DNA of 64,000 nt from an uncultured Spirochaetales bacterium (lineage in GTDB: Bacteria > UBP6 > UBA1177 > JAKLFG01): assembly GCA_964415795.1 (NCBI GenBank), contig CAYQBN010000009.1, positions 55,988-119,987 on the forward strand. Reading direction: 5' to 3'. Shown piece by piece: positions 58,127-64,000 of this stretch. The position numbers and the translations under genes were made by a program. The notes beneath the pieces were generated by a model. The model was not told the origin of the DNA. It made no database searches and was given only the letters and a program-made list of their open reading frames with translations. Within the stretch, counting starts at the first letter, position 1. Every line of letters begins with the position of its first letter.

Positions 58127-59395
58127 ATGAAAGACTATGAAACCTTTCCCCCGCTCGAGATCGTCCGCGCGGAGGGAGAGTACCTCTACACCGCCGATGG
58201 CAGGCGTCTCATTGACGCCATTTCTTCGTGGTGGTGCAAATCGCTTGGTCACGGCCATCCACGCATCAGGGCGGCGGTCGCAGCACAGATGGAGCGATTC
58301 GAGCATGTCATCCTCGCCAACACGGTCAACCGCACCATCGCTGAACTTTCAGAGCGGCTCACGGATCTCCTTCCGGGACGACGCTATGTATTCTATGGAG
58401 GCGATGGATCAACGGCGGTCGAGATAGCGCTCAAGATGGCGCTCCACGCAATGAAAATTCGCGGAGAAACAAGGCGAACCCGTTTCATGGCGCTCGAGAA
58501 TGGCTATCACGGCGAAACGGCGCTCGCCTTAGCCGTCTCCGACCTCGGCCTCTATAAGGAACCTTACCGCGAACTCGCGCCCGAATATCCCATGATAACA
58601 GGAATTCCTTACTGCACGGGAACGGACGACCCCCTTTTTCACGACTGCAGCACGGTGTGGCCTACCATCGAACGGCAACTCGAACGAGAAAAAGGAACGC
58701 TCTGCGCGCTCATCGTTGAACCGGTCGTCCAAGGGGCCGGCGGTATGCGTATCTACAGTGCAGACCTTCTACGCCGCCTCCGCATCTGGACCCAAAAAAC
58801 CGGCATATATCTCATCGCCGACGAGATCATGACCGGCTTCTATCGAACGGGAAGGGGACTCGCCTGCGACCATGCGGGTATCGCCCCCGACCTCGTGTGC
58901 CTTTCCAAAGGTCTCACCGCAGGCTGGGCGGCGATGTCAGCGGTCGTTATGAGCGGTGATATGTACGACCTTTTTTATGCCGACTATGGCACCGGTCGCG
59001 ACTTTCTTCATTCGAACACCTACGCGGGCAACGCACTCGCCGCCGCCGCCGCCTTAGAGGCACAAAAGATATACGAAGAGGAAGACATTGCCGGGCGGAT
59101 CTCTGGAGCCGCCTTGCTTCTCCGCCAATCCATGCAAAAAGTCGCTGATAAGACAGGAATGCTTACCAATATCCGCGCTATTGGGATGATCGTCGCCGCC
59201 GACATCAGACCGGAGCTTATAAAGACGCCCCGCACGGGCTACCGTGTGTACCGCCACGCCGTAGAGCACGGGGCACTTCTTCGACCGCTCGGCAACACGA
59301 TCTACTGGCTTCCACCGCTTACCATTACACCAGAAAACATCAATAAACTCAATGAAATAACCATATCCGCGCTTTCCGCGGCACTCCCTTATTGA
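58127..59395 (+). CDS. bioA: Adenosylmethionine-8-amino-7-oxononanoate aminotransferase
   Basis: 'SSWWCKSLGHGHP' and 'LIADEIMTGFYRTG' are diagnostic of BioA. Confidence 0.85.
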   Translation: MKDYETFPPLEIVRAEGEYLYTADGRRLIDAISSWWCKSLGHGHPRIRAAVAAQMERFEHVILANTVNRTIAELSERLTDLLPGRRYVFYGGDGSTAVEIALKMALHAMKIRGETRRTRFMALENGYHGETALALAVSDLGLYKEPYRELAPEYPMITGIPYCTGTDDPLFHDCSTVWPTIERQLEREKGTLCALIVEPVVQGAGGMRIYSADLLRRLRIWTQKTGIYLIADEIMTGFYRTGRGLACDHAGIAPDLVCLSKGLTAGWAAMSAVVMSGDMYDLFYADYGTGRDFLHSNTYAGNALAAAAALEAQKIYEEEDIAGRISGAALLLRQSMQKVADKTGMLTNIRAIGMIVAADIRPELIKTPRTGYRVYRHAVEHGALLRPLGNTIYWLPPLTITPENINKLNEITISALSAALPY

Positions 59396-59469
59396 ACAAA
59401 AAGGTTGCTTTTTAGGCGTTCGTCAGTAAAGTGCCTCCGTTTGTGAATGGTCACGAAAAGGAGAACGCC

Positions 59470-59661
59470 ATGTCACGGATGTGCGAGATCTGCGGCAAAA
59501 AGCCGATGTTCGGCCATAATGTGAGCCACGCGAACAACAAAACCCAGAAGATCCAGCGCCCCAACATCCAGAAAATCAAGATCCGCGAGGGCAATGGGAC
59601 CATCCATTCCCGCTATGTGTGCACCCGTTGCCTCCGCACCGGTAAGGTGACCAAAGCCTAG
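59470..59661 (+). CDS. rpmB: 50S ribosomal protein L28
   Basis: '[26 protein letters not shown]', a 63-aa bL28. Confidence 0.85.
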   Translation: MSRMCEICGKKPMFGHNVSHANNKTQKIQRPNIQKIKIREGNGTIHSRYVCTRCLRTGKVTKA

Positions 59662-59714
59662 GCGTTCTTTCTGGGATTCTTCCCGACAAAATAAACCGAG
59701 AGTGATTTTATCGG

Positions 59715-60500
59715 TTACTGTTCTTTCTTTTCCGCCTCTGGAGAAGAAACACTGGCTGGAGAAGGAGGAGTTGCGGTCTTCTGCTGATCTCCATCGGGAG
59801 TCTGTGGCCCCATATCACTCCCGAATTGACCGTCGTTCCGAATGATGGTCGTGAACTTCTGGTCACCGGCCCGTTTAAAGATGTCTGGACGTCCATCATG
59901 GTCAGTATCTTTTTCAACCCGTTCGAGCACCCCCCCGCTGTAGAATTCCCAGTAATCGACCCGACCGTTGCCATCTTGGTCTTCTTCTAAGCGAATAAGG
60001 ACCCCCTTTTCGTCATAAAACTTCCAGAGATCGGTTTTCTCGTCGAACTGGGAATCTATTTCTTTCTGGATCACGATACCGCCAAGATAGGTATCGGTCG
60101 TCTCTATCTTGCCATCGAAATCTAGGTCGAGTTCCTCTTTTACCACCGCCCCCGCCTCATCGTAAAAGCGGTACACATCGTACTTGCCGTCGAGGTTGAG
60201 ATCCATGATCTTTATAAACAAAAGCGCTTCTTCTCCTTCTTCAGGCGCATTGTTTTTGTTCTTCTTGTAGACATTGACGATATCGGGCTTTTTGTCACCG
60301 TTGCGGTCGAACTCGCGCGTGAAGTAATCGGCGGAATCGAGGTTCAAAAGCCCCCCCTTCGCAGTGACCGTTATCGTCTTGACGCTCGAAGCCGATGATA
60401 GAGGCACCACCTCTTTTGCCGTGGTGACCGTTTTCCCCGATGAACTACAGCCCATCGTCAGAAAAAGCACCATCCCAAGCGCAGCAATGAGCCACTTCAT
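59715..60500 (-). CDS. Lipoprotein with five or six EF-hand-like acidic repeats (DxDGxxD...FYDExG)
   Basis: 'MKWLIAALGMVLFLTMGC' lipobox. Repeats include 'DRNGDKKPD', 'DLNLDGKYDVYRFYDEAG', 'DFDGKIE', 'DQDGNGRVDYWEFY' and 'DTDHDGRPD'. Confidence 0.6.
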   Translation of the reverse strand: MKWLIAALGMVLFLTMGCSSSGKTVTTAKEVVPLSSASSVKTITVTAKGGLLNLDSADYFTREFDRNGDKKPDIVNVYKKNKNNAPEEGEEALLFIKIMDLNLDGKYDVYRFYDEAGAVVKEELDLDFDGKIETTDTYLGGIVIQKEIDSQFDEKTDLWKFYDEKGVLIRLEEDQDGNGRVDYWEFYSGGVLERVEKDTDHDGRPDIFKRAGDQKFTTIIRNDGQFGSDMGPQTPDGDQQKTATPPSPASVSSPEAEKKEQ

Positions 60501-60534
60501 CGTTTCCCCCTTTCCAAAGTCTTGTTCCTCTCAA

Positions 60535-63453
60535 CTATTCCTCATCGTCGCGGATGTTCCTTTCCTCTTCATCGGTCCCTGCAGGATAAAAAAAGTACTT
60601 GACGGCATTGCTCACCCGTTCCCGATCGGTACCTTTTACTAGGACCACGATTCGATTGACCTTTTCACGGAAGTGGAGCGGCACAGAGAACTGGCGCCGC
60701 ACCGTATTCGGCTCGGACCGGTAGTAGAACACTTTTCGATCGTTCTGGTATACAAACACATCCTGCACCTCTCCGACCGACACAGAAAAGGAAACCTTGC
60801 CCTCCGGTGAAGCGACCGTCACCGGATCGCGATCAAGCGTTATGTCGGGCATGATGACCGGATAACGGCGACGGATAGCGGGTGCTGATCCGGCAGTGAC
60901 GGCCGTCGGCTTGACATCGTTTATTCGGACCCAGTACCCCCCCTCCACGCGCAGGGCAGTATCACCACATTGCCCTGCGACACGGAACACGGCATCGGTC
61001 CCTGTCGTGGCGATAGGATCGCTCAAACGGATATCGCCGTACAGCGCCGTTCCCGTCGGTGCCAACACCTGCCCCCCTTTCTTCTCGGAAAAGCGGCAGG
61101 AAAAGTCTTTCTGACCAAAGGGAATAGAAAACCCAGCGCTGTATTTGGTCTTGTAGTCGTACAGGGAAACGGCAATACCGATACGGGATTGCGGAGAACG
61201 AAGCGCGGACACTTTGAAGCGGAGCGTTACCTCTCTCTCCTCGCCCGGCTTCAGCACGATCGGCTCGGTTCCCTTACTGATGAACACCTCGGGACTGTTG
61301 TTGACATTGATGAGCTGAAGACGCCCGTCGAGTATGGGCCCCTTGCCGGTATTGCGCACCGCAATGTGCGCATCCACTTCCTCTCCCTCTTCCACCAGCC
61401 CATTGGGAGAACCGACGCTGTCCTCCGCGACATAGGAAAACTCCACCGTTGGGGCATCGAGCGGAAGGATCTCCATCTCAAGGGTCTCGCTCCTCGCCAC
61501 CGTACGAAACTCGTCGAACGAGAGATCCATTCGTACCGTCTGACGACGCCACGGCATATGTTCCGGAACGCTCACCGGCACCGCTCGTTCTACCTGACCG
61601 GAAAAAGAACCGAATGGTATCTCCAGATTGCGCAGTGGCGGGATATCGGTATCAAGAACCGCCTCGAGATTATCTATCTCCCCCGGATAGGTGGCTCGGA
61701 ACACAAGCTTGTTGTCGGCGCCAGCCTTGAGCGGCAATCCTCCCACGACCTCCACCTTGAGCGCGCCAAGGTTGGGCGGCACCGGTCGAGGCTCTTTTTT
61801 CCAAGTGATCCCCAGTTTCTCCATTTGGGCGATGATAAGGTTCCTCTGTTCTTCCCATAGTCGCTTTGCCGAAGAAAGCAGCGGTTCTTTTTGGTTCAGC
61901 CGCGCACGGAGAAAACTTACCGTCATGCGAATCTCTTCATCGCTTCTGAAGGTACCGTACTGCTCTTTACGGCTCTCCTTGATAAGCTCCTCCGGTGTCT
62001 TGTAAGGCTTGAGATAGTGGACCGTCAAAAGAGGTTTTTCAGGCTCCTTGGGAAGGTAGGCGCTGATGAGGTGCTCTTTGAGATCTTTTTCCCCGCGAAT
62101 GTGAGACCGCGTCTTGAACAGACTCATCTTGCGAGGATCCACATAGCTGGGCTGGTACTCTATGTCTGGCGTTATGCCGATCGTCTGTATCGAAACATCG
62201 CCCGGGGTAAGATACTGCGCTATCGTGAGTTTGAGGCCTCCCCCCCGCGGGATGCGGAACAGGTTCTGCACTGACCCTTTACCGAATGTACGCCGCCCCA
62301 CCACCACCGCACGACCATTCTTTTTGAGCGCTGCCGCAACGATCTCGGTAGCCGAGGCGGATCCTTCGTCGACCATGATCGCGATGGGGATATCGAGAAT
62401 ATCCGATGGATCCCTTGATGCCTCGGAAACATCGCGATCCTCTTCACCGACCGTTGACACAATGACACCACGGTCAAGGAACAGATCGGAGATGCGAATA
62501 GCCTGCTGGAGAAGACCTCCCGAGTTCCCCCGCATATCCAAGATGAGGGCTTTCATGCCTTTCTTCCGCAGATTGGCAAGCGCCGCAGTTATCTGATCGT
62601 AAGAGTTTTCCATAAAGCCGGTCAGCTTGATATAGCCGATACCCTTTTCGGGCATAGCAGAAATGACCGACTGAATGCGTATGATCGCCCGTTCAAGGTC
62701 GAATCGAAGCACCGATGGCACTCCTTTGCGCTTGACATAAATGGTGACCTTGGTCCCCGGTTCACCCCTCATCTTTTCGACCGCTTTGCTCAACGACATA
62801 TTAATGGCCGACTCGTCATCGATCTGGACGATGACATCGCCGGCAACGATACCGGCGCGCTGGGCAGGAGTGTCGTCTATCGGAGAAACCACGGTTATCT
62901 CACCATCCTCGTTGGTCTGAAGCACCATGCCGAGTCCGCCGAAATTACCCTCGGTAGAAGAAGTGAAATCCTCGAACTCCTTAGGAGTGAAGATGTAGCT
63001 GTGCGGATCGAGTTTCTTGAGGATGCCATTGACGGCGACATATTCGACATCGCCGATCTCTCGGTCACCTTCAGGACGATACTCCTTTTCGATATGTCCG
63101 TACACCTGTCGCAGGACAACGGCGATATCCCATATGTCCTTAAGCCGCTTCACTTCGATCACATGGCGGTTGTTGTATATCTGCAAATTGACCTTTCCCT
63201 CTTTTCGTTCGAATCGTGCCACGATCTCGGCGAAATCTTCCTGTATCGCATCGAGTGCCTGATCGAGGAGATCTTCCGGCTGAAGCTTCGCCTTGTTCAC
63301 ATAGCGATTTTGGATCGCGTGAAGCGCGAAAAGCGTCACTTCCGCCTGCGTTATGGAGTTCCCTTTCGAGGTAGAGAACAGGCGATCGAATATGTCGCCG
63401 TTAAGAAAAAGAGTGAAAAGGAGAAGGCCTATCAACAAAAGATTCTTATGCAC
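60535..63453 (-). CDS. C-terminal processing peptidase (S41) with PDZ domain and approx. 500-aa C-terminal extension
   Basis: 'LILDMRGNSGGLL' with the Ser/Lys dyad context, the PDZ motif 'GIVAGDVIVQIDD' and 'TFGKGSVQ'. Confidence 0.85.
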   Translation of the reverse strand: MHKNLLLIGLLLFTLFLNGDIFDRLFSTSKGNSITQAEVTLFALHAIQNRYVNKAKLQPEDLLDQALDAIQEDFAEIVARFERKEGKVNLQIYNNRHVIEVKRLKDIWDIAVVLRQVYGHIEKEYRPEGDREIGDVEYVAVNGILKKLDPHSYIFTPKEFEDFTSSTEGNFGGLGMVLQTNEDGEITVVSPIDDTPAQRAGIVAGDVIVQIDDESAINMSLSKAVEKMRGEPGTKVTIYVKRKGVPSVLRFDLERAIIRIQSVISAMPEKGIGYIKLTGFMENSYDQITAALANLRKKGMKALILDMRGNSGGLLQQAIRISDLFLDRGVIVSTVGEEDRDVSEASRDPSDILDIPIAIMVDEGSASATEIVAAALKKNGRAVVVGRRTFGKGSVQNLFRIPRGGGLKLTIAQYLTPGDVSIQTIGITPDIEYQPSYVDPRKMSLFKTRSHIRGEKDLKEHLISAYLPKEPEKPLLTVHYLKPYKTPEELIKESRKEQYGTFRSDEEIRMTVSFLRARLNQKEPLLSSAKRLWEEQRNLIIAQMEKLGITWKKEPRPVPPNLGALKVEVVGGLPLKAGADNKLVFRATYPGEIDNLEAVLDTDIPPLRNLEIPFGSFSGQVERAVPVSVPEHMPWRRQTVRMDLSFDEFRTVARSETLEMEILPLDAPTVEFSYVAEDSVGSPNGLVEEGEEVDAHIAVRNTGKGPILDGRLQLINVNNSPEVFISKGTEPIVLKPGEEREVTLRFKVSALRSPQSRIGIAVSLYDYKTKYSAGFSIPFGQKDFSCRFSEKKGGQVLAPTGTALYGDIRLSDPIATTGTDAVFRVAGQCGDTALRVEGGYWVRINDVKPTAVTAGSAPAIRRRYPVIMPDITLDRDPVTVASPEGKVSFSVSVGEVQDVFVYQNDRKVFYYRSEPNTVRRQFSVPLHFREKVNRIVVLVKGTDRERVSNAVKYFFYPAGTDEEERNIRDDEE

Positions 63454-63530
63454 GCGATACTCCTCGCCGCTGCTTTCGCCGTCGGATCTGGCGAAGGCGG
63501 CACGCTCGTGTGTGTTCCCCAGCGGAAAAG

Positions 63531-63926
63531 TCAGAAATCGGCATCGAAGAAAATCGGTTCCTTCTTTTTAATGAATTCCTCTATCGCCCCGATCTGATCA
63601 GGGGTAAGTCCGACGAATTGAAGCCCCATCCCCGGCTCGATACCCTGCGGAAGGAACGGATTCGGCTCGCGCACCCAGACGACCTGCGCCGGGAGCGTGA
63701 ACTCGTGCCCTTCAAGGACAAGCGTCACGGTGACTTCGGCACCGATGGGAAGGATCCGATGCGTCGCGATGAAGAGCCCCCCCTTGCTGATGTCCTCGGT
63801 GAATCCGCGGAAAAAGTTATGCGGCCCCGAAAGGGTCACCTCTATATGGATGGCGATGCGCTTGTCGCTTCGCTGGCGTGAGTACACCACACCGTCTTTC
63901 TGTGTTTCATCGTACTCGGGACTCAC
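63531..63926 (-). CDS. PilZ domain protein
   Basis: 'SRQRSDKRIAI' (RxxxR) and 'TEDISKGGLF' (D/NxSxxG) c-di-GMP-binding motifs. Confidence 0.65.
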   Translation of the reverse strand: MSPEYDETQKDGVVYSRQRSDKRIAIHIEVTLSGPHNFFRGFTEDISKGGLFIATHRILPIGAEVTVTLVLEGHEFTLPAQVVWVREPNPFLPQGIEPGMGLQFVGLTPDQIGAIEEFIKKKEPIFFDADF

Positions 63927-64000
63927 TGGCGTTCTCCGTACCTCCGAAATAAGGTAACATCTACTGCACGATCTTGAATTCGACGCGACGGTTCTGAGAA

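Overview
This is a high-GC (about 58-60%), gene-dense bacterial chromosomal window. It reads as mostly core genome with a few accessory-looking islands of secreted proteins and lipoproteins. Lipobox signal peptides, D/T/P-rich acidic linkers and one Myxococcus-type Cys-rich repeat (CGNGxxExGExCD) suggest a Myxococcota-like or related deltaproteobacterial lineage; this is inference, not a database result. Recognisable content, in order: a MoxR / DUF58 / transglutaminase (TgpA-like) operon, iorAB, adenosine deaminase, HU with a clear promoter and terminator, thiE-thiC-birA, a GT2 processive glycosyltransferase, asd / large membrane protein / truA, an MFS transporter, an AhpE-like peroxiredoxin with a Lys-rich tail, a C-N hydrolase, a Met gamma-lyase family enzyme, hrcA-grpE-dnaK-dnaJ, def-fmt-rsmB, a carbamoyltransferase locus (VENFPD-repeat protein, NodU/CmcH carbamoyltransferase, DUF5989, SxtJ-like, lipoprotein), lgt, class III RNR (nrdD in two pieces plus nrdG), cysS, ornithine aminotransferase, HlyD plus two ABC-2 permeases, a UDG-family glycosylase, a fab cluster (fabG-acpP-fabF-fabH-fabD), an FGE-domain fusion, bioA, rpmB, a large S41 protease and a PilZ protein. 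I found no tRNA, rRNA, CRISPR array, transposase or integrase. The most unusual items are the carbamoyltransferase locus with a 27-bp-periodic repeat gene, the large membrane protein with a CFI[AS]SAGYG motif sitting between asd and truA (the position fimV holds in Pseudomonas), and a class III RNR whose glycyl-radical segment is a separate small ORF. I cannot confirm from sequence alone that any of these is an undescribed system.
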